From: Nitrospirota bacterium
Lineage (GTDB): Bacteria > Nitrospirota > UBA9217
DNA: 64,000 nt
NCBI GenBank assembly: GCA_963741205.1
Contig: CAVUHW010000031.1
Span: forward strand, 1-64,000
Direction of reading: 5' to 3'
Numbering within the stretch: the stretch's first letter is position 1; each line of letters begins with the position of its first letter. Below are positions 42,958-53,637 of the stretch, one piece after another. Below the pieces are notes generated by a model. The model made no database searches and was not told where the DNA came from. It saw only the letters and a program-made list of their open reading frames with translations. A program made the position numbers and the translations under genes.

Positions 42958-44148
42958 ATGATCACGCTGGAAGATATTCAGACGGCGGGCCGAACGATCG
43001 GTCCCTACATCCACAGGACGCCGCTGATCCATTCGAACTCTCTCAGCATGCTGACGGGGCGGAGGTATACCTTAAGCTCGAGAACCTCCAGAAGACGGGT
43101 TCCTTCAAGGTCAGGGGCGCGTTCAACAAAATGACCCGTCTGTTCCGGCGAGGGCAAGGTGATTGCGGCATCCATGGGCAACCACGCGCAGGCCGTGGCC
43201 TATGCCGCGCAGCGGCTCGGAAAACACGCGCGAATCGTGATGCCGACGACCGTTGCCATGGTCAAGGAAGACGCAACAAGGGGGTATGACGCGGACGTCG
43301 TCCTCTTCGGGGAGGGGTTCAAGGACGCGCTGGAACATGCGCTGTCGCAGAAGGAATACACTTTCATCCATGCCTTCGACGATGAGGATATTATCGCAGG
43401 GCAGGGGACCATCGGACTCGAGATCTGCGCGGAGCTTGAAAACATCGATGCCGTGTTCGTACCGGTGGGCGGCGGAGGGCTGATGGCGGGTATAGCCACG
43501 GCGGTCAAGGCCCTGTCTCCCCGAACCAGCCTGATCGGCGTTCAGGCCGAGGCGGCCCCGTCCGCATTCCTGTCGCGCAGGGACGGGAAAATCGTCGGAC
43601 AAACCCCGCTGCCGACGATTGCCGATGGGATCGCCCTCGAAAGGCCCGGCGAGAAAGCGTTCGAACTCATGGAAAGAAATGTCGACGAACTGAAGCTCGT
43701 CAAAGAGGACACAATCGCCAAGGCCATCCTACTGCTCCTCGAGCGTAAAAAAATGGTTGTCGAAGGGGCGGGCGCCGTCACGCTTGCCGCCCTGATGGAG
43801 GACTGCGAAAGGTATGAGAACAAACGGGTGGTCCTTGTTCTGTCAGGTGGAAACATCGATTTTACGGTGATCGACCGGATCATCCGCAAGGGACTCGTGA
43901 CAAGCGGAAGGATCGGCGTCTTCGAAGTGACACTCGACGACGCCTCCGGGAAGCTCCATGCGGTGACGGGGATCATGGCTTCTCACCGGGCGAATACCCT
44001 GGACATCAGGCATGACAGGCTTGCCGCAAACCTTCCGATCGGCAAGGCAAGGGTGATCGTGACCGTCGAGATACGGGGAAGGGAACACCTCGAAAGGATA
44101 TTCGCCGACCTCGCACAAAAAGGATACGAGGCAAGGCATCTCGTGTGA
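42958..44148 (+). CDS. ilvA: Threonine ammonia-lyase (IlvA/TdcB-like, C-terminal ACT domain); frameshifted
   Basis: [36 protein letters not shown]. Confidence 0.88.
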
Positions 44149-44190
44149 ATGAGGCGGGTAGGTACTGCTCATTGTTATCAAATCCTTTCT

Positions 44191-46867
44191 TTAGAGCTGG
44201 AGTACAACCCTCACCATGTCTTCATCGTCATATGCCTGCTTGAAGCCGTATTTCTGGCCCAGCGCCAGCATCCGGCGATTGTTCTTCAGAATTTCCATCC
44301 AAAGCGACTTCAAGCCTATTTCCTTGGCGATTCCTATACTGTACTCCATGAGAATCTTGCCGATTCCTTTGCCCTGCCATTCGTCCGAGATGAGGATCGA
44401 AAGTTCCGCATTCTCGAGATCGGGCAGTTTGCTTATTCTGACGTCGCCAATGATCTTTTGCTTGTCAGGGGTGACCCCAACAAAAGCCAACTCTCGATCG
44501 TAATCGATCTGACAATACCTCACCAGTTTCTCATGCGGAAGATGGACTAGTCTGTGGCCGAAACGGTAAATAATGGTTTCATCCGACAGAGATTTGAAAA
44601 GAGCATATATGAGGGGTTCGTCTTCAGCCAGTATGGGTCGTATGCAGCAGACCATTCCGTCTTCCAGCGTTCTCTCGATGGCATACTGATAGGGATAGGG
44701 GCAGATGGAAAGATGAGGGGGACAGATATCCTCCCTGAGCGATCCTTTTTTGATCACGGCCCCTGCATCGAGTAGAATTTCCGCGTCCAAGGCGATCACT
44801 TCTTTTTTTGAGATGAGGAAGGGATTGATGTCGATCTCCTGTATTTGATGGAAGTCAATAATGAGCTGGGAGAACCTCACGAGTATCTGCTCGATATGCC
44901 CCAAGACCCGCTGAAAGTCGGGCAGTCCGCGAAGATACTGATAGATCTTTGTATCCTCCATCATGCGTCTTGCGAGCGTCTGATTGAGGGGGGGAGCCCT
45001 ATGGCATAGTCATTCATCGCTTCGAGGAGGTCACCGCCGGTTCCGAAGAGTATCGCGGCGCCGAAACTCGGATCTTTTTTCGCACCTATCGCCAGCTCAT
45101 AGCCGTAATTGAGCACCATCGGCTGAACGATCACATATGCCTTGGCATCCTTGTGGGCTTGAGCGAGAGCGTGGAGGAATTTGCAGGCCTCCCTCACGGA
45201 TTTCTCGTCTCTGAGGTTCAACTGCACGCCGTCCTCTTCCAGCTTGTGGAATATCTCTTCCGAATCGATCTTCAGCACAACAGGATAGCCTATCTTCTCC
45301 GCGATGCTGACGCAATCGTCCTCACACGTGGTCCTTACTGTCTCCACAATGGGAATCCCATATGCATCGAGAATCTCTTTTACCTCGGTCAAATGGAGCA
45401 CTCGCCTGTTTTCGCTGATCGCCCTTTCTATGATTCCCCTCGTTTTTTCGGTGTCGGGAACGAAGTCCTTGAGGATCGCCTCAGGAGTTTCCTGAAGAAG
45501 TTTCAGGTTGTAGTCATATCGGTACATGAACATGAAGCTTCTCACCGCCTGTTCCGGAGTAACGAAAGTCGGGATATCCGTCTTGTTAAAGAATTGCCTC
45601 GCCCCTTGCACAAGCTCATCACCGAGCAGCGCAACGAACAGAGGTACATTCGGAACTGACATCGCAGCAGAAGTTATTGCGAAGGCAATATTTTTGGAAT
45701 CGATGCAGGGATGCGGCACATACGCTACAAGCACGCCGTCTATGCCGTTGTCATTCAGACAATTGCCGACGGCCATTTCAAAGTCTTCCGGTGATGCGTC
45801 GGGGAAGAGATTAACAGGGTTACGAATACTTCCCTTCATGGAAAGATTCTTTTTTATGATATCGACGATTTCCTCGCTCAGGGTTCCCATTTCTCCTCCC
45901 ATGCGTATGAGGGCATCAATCGCCATGGAAGCCGGTCCCACAGCATTGGAAACAATCGCCAACCGTTTTCCCTTCGGCCGGTGCTGTTTTGCTAGGGTCT
46001 CCGTGATATAGAAGAGATCCAGCATTTCATAAACCCTCACAGCGCCTGCTCTCTTGAACGCAGCTTCATAGACTTTGTCCTCACCGGCAAGGAGCGCCGA
46101 ATCGGTGAGCACCCCTTTACTTGAAATATCGTACCTCCCCGACCTTACCACCACGATAGGTTTACTGTTCGCAAAGCTCCTCACGGCGGTCATAAATTTC
46201 CTGCCGTCACCGATATTTCTTACATAGAGGATAATCGCCCTTGTCTCGGGGTCTATGCCGAGAAAATCGACCAAGTCAGATAAATCGATATCCAGGTTTT
46301 TACCGAGAGAAATGAAGTAACTGAGCCCCATTTTTTTACTCATCGCCCGTTCGAGAAATGCCGCGGAAAAGATGCCACTCTGGGAAATAAAGGCGATATT
46401 CCCTCTCGGGGGAATCGAGGGAAAGAGACTCGCATTGAGGTTTTTCCCCGGTCTCAAAAAGCCAAGTGAGTTGGGCCCCAAAACCCTGAAGCCGTAAATC
46501 TGCGAGATCTTCTTGATCTGCTCTTCAATCAGAAGCGCGTTGTCGACCTTCTGTTCAAAGTCAGGGGTTGCGATCACAACCCCCTTCACATCCTTTTGCC
46601 CGCAGTCGTCAAGAGCCGTATAAAGCTCTTCGGGGGGACCGTTAAGATCGCCAGATCGATCGAATGCGGGATGGTGTTGATATTTCGATGTGCCTCGACC
46701 CCCTGTATCGCCTCACTGTCGGAGTTTACGGGGAAAACTACCCCTTTGAAACCCTTTCCAATGAGATTTCTAAAGACATAGTATCCCAATGCCTTCTTGT
46801 CTTCACTTGCGCCGAGAACCGCTATCCTGCGGGGATTAAAAAAGGCATCGAGATTCTTAATCGACAT
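44191..46867 (-). CDS. Acyl-CoA ligase-like / GNAT fusion (Pat-type protein lysine acetyltransferase); frameshifted
   Basis: FFNPRRIAVLGAS, GPNSLG, SQSG, ATP-grasp-like region, C-terminal QIDYDRE..WQGKGIG. Confidence 0.88.
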
Positions 46868-47202
46868 AATGACCTCTCCTAACATTATGAGATCGGGTGA
46901 AGACGCATCTGTTTAGAGTATAGCAAAGCTTCCGCTGCGCTGAGAAGTGCTGAAAAACCGGATCGACAACGTCGTCGAAAGAGCAGAATTATAGCAATAA
47001 AATGTTTGTCTTGCATTGGTGGGCTGACAATAAAGGGTGAATATTGACAGGTTTCAAAGAATGGAAACTGCAATAGATAACAGGAGGGTAAGTTGCTTTC
47101 TTCTTTTAATAGGAATTTTATTATGTCACATTATGCTTGTGACGATTCGGTCTCGGGGAGAAGCCTTCCCGGTCCCGGAAAAGCTTCTCCCCCGAGGGCA
47201 GA

Positions 47203-47601
47203 TCATTTCTTTTCAGGCCGGTTCGTGTCCGAAGGTTCCTGCTTCTTGTTCTTCTTGCCGGTAAGATAGGCTTCCGCCGGCCGCCAGGAGAAGGATGCTC
47301 CCTTTCCGGCAACTCCCGTGTAAACCGCATAGGCGAGGGCAGCGACCATGCTGAAAGGCAGTGTGACAATATAGAACAATCCGACAAAGGGCGCGGAAAC
47401 GACTCTGCCGGCCAGTTTCAGGGTTTCCGGCATGCCTCTGCGTTTCAAATGCGCCAGATCTTCCTGCCCAACCTCCTTGACCGTGCGGAACGGCTTCGGT
47501 TTCAGCGCTTCCCAGACGATAAGATACCCGGCGATCAGGCCAAGAGACAGGATATACTCGATTCCTTTGACATGGGTTACGAAATCAAACATGGTATTCA
47601 T
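47203..47601 (-). CDS. Small membrane protein with HmcD-like N-terminus
   Basis: RBS AGGAGG; FDFVTHVKGIEYIL; two hydrophobic segments; WRPAEAYLTG. Confidence 0.7.
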   Translation of the reverse strand: MNTMFDFVTHVKGIEYILSLGLIAGYLIVWEALKPKPFRTVKEVGQEDLAHLKRRGMPETLKLAGRVVSAPFVGLFYIVTLPFSMVAALAYAVYTGVAGKGASFSWRPAEAYLTGKKNKKQEPSDTNRPEKK

Positions 47602-47663
47602 TATTTCATCCTCCTTGGGGTGGAATAGTAAGGTTGTTGTCTCATCGACAAGGCCATTACCTG

Positions 47664-48032
47664 TTAGCGTGTCTTCGGCTGCTTCCCGGCGCCGTCAGAA
47701 TCATCTTTCTTCTTGTTCTTTCCACCCAGATAGGACTCGGCGGGCCTCCATCCGAAGGAGACGATGTTCCTGCCGAGATTGAACACCCCGCCGAGCGTTT
47801 TCTGCAGCAGGAGCCCGAAGGCCGTTACGACTCCCAGGATCGGCAGGGCAATGATGTAGACGAGCCCGAGAATGGGACCGGCCAGCATGATCGCGCCCGA
47901 CGAAGTCTTGACGTACTTTGCGTTCTTCCCTCCGGGCAAAGCGCCTTCCTGGTCCATATCGACCCTGAATCCGGTTGTCATATCCCAATACGTTCCGTTC
48001 CCGACCACCTGTCCTCCAGTAAGTATAAGCAT
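47664..48032 (-). CDS. Small membrane protein
   Basis: RBS AAGGAGG; G.YW; hydrophobic stretch; WRPAESYLGG. Confidence 0.7.
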   Translation of the reverse strand: MLILTGGQVVGNGTYWDMTTGFRVDMDQEGALPGGKNAKYVKTSSGAIMLAGPILGLVYIIALPILGVVTAFGLLLQKTLGGVFNLGRNIVSFGWRPAESYLGGKNKKKDDSDGAGKQPKTR

Positions 48033-48241
48033 GATGTGTTCCCTCCTTTCGCGCTGCATATGTTTTTCTCTATCGTTGGATAAACCTTACCAAAAGAAGG
48101 GTTTTTTGTATATCCGCATAAACTCTTAGGTTCAAGGGAAATTGTTCTCAGAGGACAGGGGCAGAATACAGCAGAAAAAAGGGTGACGAAGGGTTTGTGA
48201 CGGGGAACTGTTCCTCCAGACCAAAAAGAAATGGAAGTATT

Positions 48242-48670
48242 TCATATCTCTTTCTGGACAATAGTTTCACAGCTGAAAGCGGGATGGTTTTCGCCATTGA
48301 TGCCGATGCCATGCAAAATAATATGAATGAACTCGTGTGCAATAATACTGATGCCCTGCTTGAATACCGCGTCGTCAACAGTAAGCCATACCGTCGTCGT
48401 ACCTTCGGCGCATCCGACTGCCGGCTCTCCCCCACAATCTATTTGACCTCGAACCAGTACAACATTCGGAGGCGCGGGAACCGATTGAACGTATCCGAAT
48501 CTTTCCATACACTGCACCGTCAGTGTCCAAATTATTCTCAGCCTGGTGTCCCTTGCAACCGGGATAATTTTGATAACGTCACCATGGATGCGGCTCTCCT
48601 GCGGTCTATCGCGATCTTGTCCACAACCTAGTGTTAGCAAGATCAGCCCGATTGTAATAGCCTGCTTCAT
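48242..48670 (-). CDS. Putative lipoprotein with HExxH motif
   Basis: Lipobox TLGC, AHEFIHIILH; more AT-rich than its flanks. Confidence 0.55.
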   Translation of the reverse strand: MKQAITIGLILLTLGCGQDRDRPQESRIHGDVIKIIPVARDTRLRIIWTLTVQCMERFGYVQSVPAPPNVVLVRGQIDCGGEPAVGCAEGTTTVWLTVDDAVFKQGISIIAHEFIHIILHGIGINGENHPAFSCETIVQKEI

Positions 48671-48894
48671 CGTTCACTCTGAATATGCATGTGCACCCTG
48701 ATAGGTCCGTGGCACTCAGAGCCATCGTCAACCGTTGACCAATCAGGAGCGTCACCCAGTTACACTCATCCTATCTCACCTGCTGAAGAGCTTATACACC
48801 GCCGAAGGAATTTCAGGGATACACGACGTGCTTTGTAGCTCATGTAAAAGAATCCTAGGATATGTTCCGCCCTGCTGTCCACACCCTTCCTTCG

Positions 48895-49758
48895 TTACTT
48901 GCTCAATAACTTATACACCGCCGAGAAATCCTGTTCTCCCAAACCGTTCTTCACCGCCAGGGCATACAACTCTTTCGCCGCGTTGGCCAGGGGCATGGCA
49001 ACGCCCGTCTCATAGGCCGTGTCCGCGGCGAGCTGGAGGTCCTTGTGCATCCACTGAAGGGGAAACTCGGCGTCGAACTTGCCTTCTTCGATGATCGACC
49101 GTTTGAACGCAAGGAACGGCGCGACGACCGGCGAGGTAAGGACCGTATCGAAGAGAAGCCCCCTGGGTAAACCTAGCGATTCGCCGAGGGCAATGGCTTC
49201 TGCGAAGCCGACCATGGCCTGGGCGAGCATGACATTGTTCACCATTTTCGTGGCCGTACCCATGCCGTGTCCGCCCATATGATGGACGGCCCTGCCCATT
49301 GCCTCGAACAGGGGCCGCGCCTCATCCACATCTGCTTTTTCGCCGCCGACAAAGAAGAGAAGCTGTCCCTGCTCGGCGGGGCCCTTGGAACCTCCGACCG
49401 GAGCATCGAGGCACCGGACTTTTCGCTGAGCAGCTTCTGATGCCATCAGCCGGGAGAACGACGGGTTCACCGTGCTGCAATCGATCCAGAGCGATTTTTC
49501 GGCGAGGCGGTTCAAAAACCCGAATTTACCGAGCAGGGCCGTTTCCGCGACCGCGTCAGGCTTTGAAAGCATGGTGATGATTATGTCGACTTGTTTCGCG
49601 ACGTCAGCGGGCGTCGGCGCCCAGACAGCGCCGTTTGAGATGAGCGGGTCGGCCTTTTGACGAGACCTGTTATTTACGACCAGTTCATGCCCTCTCCTCA
49701 TCAGATTGGCCGCCATGCGGCTGCCCATGATCCCTAGTCCGATAAATCCGACTTTCAT
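48895..49758 (-). CDS. 3-hydroxyisobutyrate dehydrogenase-family NAD(P) oxidoreductase
   Basis: GFIGLGIMG, DAPVGG, KMVNN, KDL. Confidence 0.92.
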   Translation of the reverse strand: MKVGFIGLGIMGSRMAANLMRRGHELVVNNRSRQKADPLISNGAVWAPTPADVAKQVDIIITMLSKPDAVAETALLGKFGFLNRLAEKSLWIDCSTVNPSFSRLMASEAAQRKVRCLDAPVGGSKGPAEQGQLLFFVGGEKADVDEARPLFEAMGRAVHHMGGHGMGTATKMVNNVMLAQAMVGFAEAIALGESLGLPRGLLFDTVLTSPVVAPFLAFKRSIIEEGKFDAEFPLQWMHKDLQLAADTAYETGVAMPLANAAKELYALAVKNGLGEQDFSAVYKLLSK

Positions 49759-49803
49759 AGAGTCCTCCTCGATCACCCGATCAATATGGCGTGGTTCCCA
49801 CGA

Positions 49804-49906
49804 TGTCATTCCCGTCCCGCAAAGCGGGATAAATCCACTGAATGAAAATGGAGATTCGCGAATCACGGATTCAAGTCCGGGGCAGGCTTGCAAGCCCGGC
49901 ATGACA
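49804..49906. repeat. Family A element with nested modules
   Basis: TGTCATTCCCGTCCCGCAAAGCGGGAT...GGATTCAAGTCCGGGGCAGGCTTGCAAGCCCGGCATGACA. Confidence 0.8.
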
Positions 49907-49936
49907 CCCAAAAGGAAAGGGACTTTTGGGGCACTG

Positions 49937-51601
49937 CTACCGCTCCCGTCTTTCCTTCTCCTCTTCGTGATTTTTTTTCTTGGGCTGCTGCGGCTGTCCT
50001 CCGGGCTGAGGCTGCGGCGCCGGCTTTCTGATAATCACCTTGGGCTCACGCATCTTCCTGACCGGCAGGTTCTCCGGAGGCACCGGTTTGAACACCGATG
50101 CATCCCGGTCTTTGATGAGCCTCCGCTCATTTTGCAACTCTTCCGGCCGGACCCTGCGAAAACGTTCCGGGGGGAGGGGTTGTTGGACCGGCGGCTGACG
50201 CACGATGGAGGGCGAATTGACCGGCGGTGAAGCAGCGGGCCGGTCCGGTCTGATGGACGGAGTGGCCGGCGCCGGAGGAGTGACCCGGAGATTTTCATGG
50301 ACTGAGCCTCGCATGAGGTCTGACTCGGGAGGCCGATGCCGCGTCGGTTCCATCGTCCGGGGCGGAGCAATGACCACAGGCTGCTGAGGCTTGGACTGCG
50401 GAGGTGCAATGGCAATATCGCCTGCCGGACGCTGTCTCGTCTCGATAAAGGGATTTTCCCCAATTTTCACGGGCAAGTGCCTGCCCGTGCCGAACGAATC
50501 CCGCTGCACCGTCACTACGGCATTGTTTACCCTGGCATTTATGAATGTGCGGTTCACGATAACGGGATTGACGCCAATGGTCGTCAGGTTCCTGCTCCAG
50601 GGTCCGTAATATCCGTATCCGTAGAAGATTTCGCCGGGTGCCAGAGGCACCCACGCAACATAGGTCGGCGTCACAACCCAGCCCACATACCCCGGCCCCC
50701 AGTACACAGCGCCGGGAGAAGGCGGGACCCAACTCCATCCGTAGGACGGGATGAATACCCAGCGGCCATAATGGCTAGGCACCCAGCCCCAGGGGTCATT
50801 CGCCACCCAGACATAGTTTCCGCGAATCCAGATCCAGTTGCCGTCCGAATAGGGGGCCCAGCCGGATGCGACTACCGTAGGGGTCCAGACATAGCCGTAA
50901 TCAGGCACATACCCCCACCGGCCGTTGCCGTCGAAGTCCGTAGAATATTCGTGAAGCTCATCAGGAAGATAACGGGAGCTCTCACCCCAAGCGGTAAGGC
51001 TGCGGTCCCGTTCCATGTTCCACTGCTCCCACTCATCCGGTGAACTTATGGGAGCGAGATCTGCATTTTCTTCTCCACGAATGGTCAGGGTGCTTCCCGC
51101 GCTTACGCGGGTTGCGCCGGCCCTGCTCTCGGCGATGGCAAGGCCCTTGAGAACGGAGACTTCAGTCACCCCGTCTTCGGTCACATCGATCATCATGATG
51201 GAGTTGTCGTAACTGCGGATGGACGACATGGGCGTATCGACCTGCACGGTCTTGATCCCGCCCCGGCGGTTGTTGATGTAGATATGACCGCGGTCAAGGT
51301 AAAACTGCGCTGATTCGGGCGTCATGGTCAGGACGTCCAGGGCGGTATTCGAATCGGCCCGTGTATATACGCCTCCCTGTATCTGGAGTTCCGCCTTGCT
51401 GTCTTCCGCGACCCAGATCCGGTCGCGTTCATTCAGCGGCAGGTTGATTGTCGCCTCGGTCCAGTCCGTGGTGTCCTGGATCAGGACCTGCACGTCGCCG
51501 TCGATCAAGCTCAACCGCACGAGGCCGAGATCGTCGGCAAAGGAAACTCCCGGGAACATCAGGATAAAAGCCAGAATGAGATAACGACCGAAAACACGCA
51601 T
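49937..51601 (-). CDS. Exported FecR-like plus DUF6600-like (Trp/Pro-rich) protein
   Basis: Signal peptide, RLSLIDGDVQ, WAPY..G.W, PWGWVPSHYGRW, WVPLAPGE, Pro-rich tail. Confidence 0.82.
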   Translation of the reverse strand: MRVFGRYLILAFILMFPGVSFADDLGLVRLSLIDGDVQVLIQDTTDWTEATINLPLNERDRIWVAEDSKAELQIQGGVYTRADSNTALDVLTMTPESAQFYLDRGHIYINNRRGGIKTVQVDTPMSSIRSYDNSIMMIDVTEDGVTEVSVLKGLAIAESRAGATRVSAGSTLTIRGEENADLAPISSPDEWEQWNMERDRSLTAWGESSRYLPDELHEYSTDFDGNGRWGYVPDYGYVWTPTVVASGWAPYSDGNWIWIRGNYVWVANDPWGWVPSHYGRWVFIPSYGWSWVPPSPGAVYWGPGYVGWVVTPTYVAWVPLAPGEIFYGYGYYGPWSRNLTTIGVNPVIVNRTFINARVNNAVVTVQRDSFGTGRHLPVKIGENPFIETRQRPAGDIAIAPPQSKPQQPVVIAPPRTMEPTRHRPPESDLMRGSVHENLRVTPPAPATPSIRPDRPAASPPVNSPSIVRQPPVQQPLPPERFRRVRPEELQNERRLIKDRDASVFKPVPPENLPVRKMREPKVIIRKPAPQPQPGGQPQQPKKKNHEEEKERRER

Positions 51602-51640
51602 AATGTTCCTCCTCGACGCCGTTAATATGATTTTACCTTA

Positions 51641-51669
51641 TTAGACAACGACGTGTTCATCTGGTTGCA
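51641..51669 (-). promoter_or_regulatory. ECF-sigma-type promoter
   Basis: TGCAACC-N16-GTCTAA on minus strand, upstream of RBS GAGGAGG. Confidence 0.6.
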
Positions 51670-51741
51670 TTGGGAACGAAGTTTATTTTACCCGCTGTCC
51701 TTCCCCTTGACATTCGGGACGGGAGGAGTATAAATTAATAT

Positions 51742-52593
51742 ATGAAAATGAAGGCTTTTATCGTTCCTCTTGCTCTCTCGCTTTTCGTGCTTGCCTTTCT
51801 CACCGCGGCCGTGGATGAAAGCGGTGACGTGTATCGCGTGAGCGACGGAAAGACCATATCATTCGACCGGATGGTCCAGGACGTAAAGAAAGCGGATTTT
51901 GTCGTCGTGGGCGAGGTCCATGACATCCCGGAACATCACCGGCTGCAGCTCGAAATCATCAGGGCCTTTCATGAATCCGGCGCCCCGCTGGTGATCGGGC
52001 TCGAAATGTTCCGGAAAGACAGCCAGAGCGCCCTCGATTCCTGGGTCAAGGGCGACTTGCCGCTCAAGCGTTTTCTTCCCGTTTACTACGACAACTGGCA
52101 TATAGCCTGGCCGTTATACCGGGACATCTTCACGTATGCCCATGACCATCAGATTCCCATGCTCGGGTTGAATATACCGGACGGAATTACCGAGCGTGTG
52201 GCAAGGGAAGGGTTTGCCTCCCTTCGGGAAAAAGAGAAAAAACAGCTCCCCCCCGGCATCAGTTGCGACATCGATCCGACGTACATGGATTTCATGAGAA
52301 AGGCCTATGCGGGTCATTCTCAGAAAGCGGACAAGATGTTTCTACATTTCTGCGAGGCGCAGATGGTGTGGGACAAGAGCATGGCCTGGCGCCTGATCGA
52401 ATACCGGAAACAGCATCCGGGCCAAACCGTGGTGGTCCTCGCCGGCGTCGGACACGCCTGGAAAAGGGGGATTCCGGAGCAGATCGCGCGGAACACGAAG
52501 TACGCCGTCAAGGTCGTCATGCCGCTGGTGCCGGACCAGATTGATCAGGATACCGTATCGGACCACGACACGGACTACCTCTTCCTTCGGTAG
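51742..52593 (+). CDS. ChaN-family heme/iron-uptake-associated protein
   Basis: VVVGEVHD..HH..Q, GLEMF, AQMVWDKSMA, LAGVGH. Confidence 0.88.
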   Translation: MKMKAFIVPLALSLFVLAFLTAAVDESGDVYRVSDGKTISFDRMVQDVKKADFVVVGEVHDIPEHHRLQLEIIRAFHESGAPLVIGLEMFRKDSQSALDSWVKGDLPLKRFLPVYYDNWHIAWPLYRDIFTYAHDHQIPMLGLNIPDGITERVAREGFASLREKEKKQLPPGISCDIDPTYMDFMRKAYAGHSQKADKMFLHFCEAQMVWDKSMAWRLIEYRKQHPGQTVVVLAGVGHAWKRGIPEQIARNTKYAVKVVMPLVPDQIDQDTVSDHDTDYLFLR

Positions 52594-52614
52594 ACGATAG
52601 ACGCAGGCGACCCT

Positions 52615-52899
52615 CTATTTTATCTTCTTGATAAATTCCTCGACAGCCACAGCGGGTAGAGACATGAGATGCACCGAACCGCGCGATCCGATCTCAACCG
52701 ACATCTTCATCACCGTTTCGTTATCCGGCGCCTCAACGATGTTGACAAAGTCATAAGACCCCAAGAGGGCGTATTGTTTCTGTATTTTGACACCCATTGC
52801 CTCGATCTCCCTGTTCACCTCCAGGATCCGCTCCGGTTTCTGTTTGATCGTCTTTCTTCCTTCATCCGTAAGATTGCTGAGAATCACGTAGTGCGGCAT
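52615..52899 (-). CDS. GYD-domain protein
   Basis: MPHYVIL..LTDEG, LGSYDFVNIVEAPD. Confidence 0.88.
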   Translation of the reverse strand: MPHYVILSNLTDEGRKTIKQKPERILEVNREIEAMGVKIQKQYALLGSYDFVNIVEAPDNETVMKMSVEIGSRGSVHLMSLPAVAVEEFIKKIK

Positions 52900-53211
52900 G
52901 GCTTGTTCCTCCTTATTATTGAGTGTCATGGTGAAATTGAGAAGCCCAATACTTTGGACGTATTAGACTGTCGTTCGGTTTATTATCAATTATAGCCGGA
53001 TCTACTTCCTGCTGAGAAAAAAAATGCGCCAACATCAGTGCGGGAGTTCTATCGGGTTGGTGTCCCGTCCTCACTTGTTTCGGGTGAGACGTTGTCATGA
53101 CTCAAGCATAGCGTAAGACCGTGTCACATGCATCTATCCGTTCATTTTTCTTGATTTCATTTCATGCTTATGTTATAGATTAATCAGAAAGTGTTCTGCG
53201 TGTGTCCGCCC

Positions 53212-53400
53212 ATGAAGTCCGAACCTGGCAAATCGAAGCAACATCAGCAGACCGCGGGGATCAAGGCCAAGCCGGTGTGCGGCACGCTTGCCTATCTCGC
53301 AGAGTGCAGGGGAACGCCGAAGAAAACCGCGGCCGGGCGGAAGGAAGCGCCGTCGGTAATCATCGACAGGATCGTAAGCAAGCAGCCCGCCGACTTCTAG
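53212..53400 (+). CDS. Small hypothetical protein
   Basis: Short ORF after an AT-rich promoter-like region, upstream of the CooT-like gene; no motif recognised. Confidence 0.3.
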   Translation: MKSEPGKSKQHQQTAGIKAKPVCGTLAYLAECRGTPKKTAAGRKEAPSVIIDRIVSKQPADF

Positions 53401-53448
53401 ATTGACGGTTTTTTTGTAGTTGTTGCGGGGGAAGGACGGGGTGAGACC

Positions 53449-53637
53449 GTGTGCGATGTAAAAGTCTATGTTTCCAGGCAGGGGAAGGAAGAACTCCTGC
53501 TGGAGGCGGTCAATCATCTCCGTGTCGAACAGGGGGAGGTGACCGTTCGCAATCTGTTCGGTGAGGAAAAGAAGGTCCGCGGAGAAGTGCGGGAGGTTTC
53601 GCTCGTTAAAAACCGGGTCCTCGTTGAACAGAAATGA
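53449..53637 (+). CDS. CooT-family nickel-binding protein
   Basis: N-terminal MC, EELLLE.V, NLFGEEK; 62 aa. Confidence 0.75.
   Translation: MCDVKVYVSRQGKEELLLEAVNHLRVEQGEVTVRNLFGEEKKVRGEVREVSLVKNRVLVEQK

Noticed and set aside
49759-49911. N-terminal extensions in the ORF track (also 23357-23473, 28084-28182, 60163-60396)
   Set aside because: These read through intergenic repeats or upstream genes; downstream starts fit the domain boundaries better.
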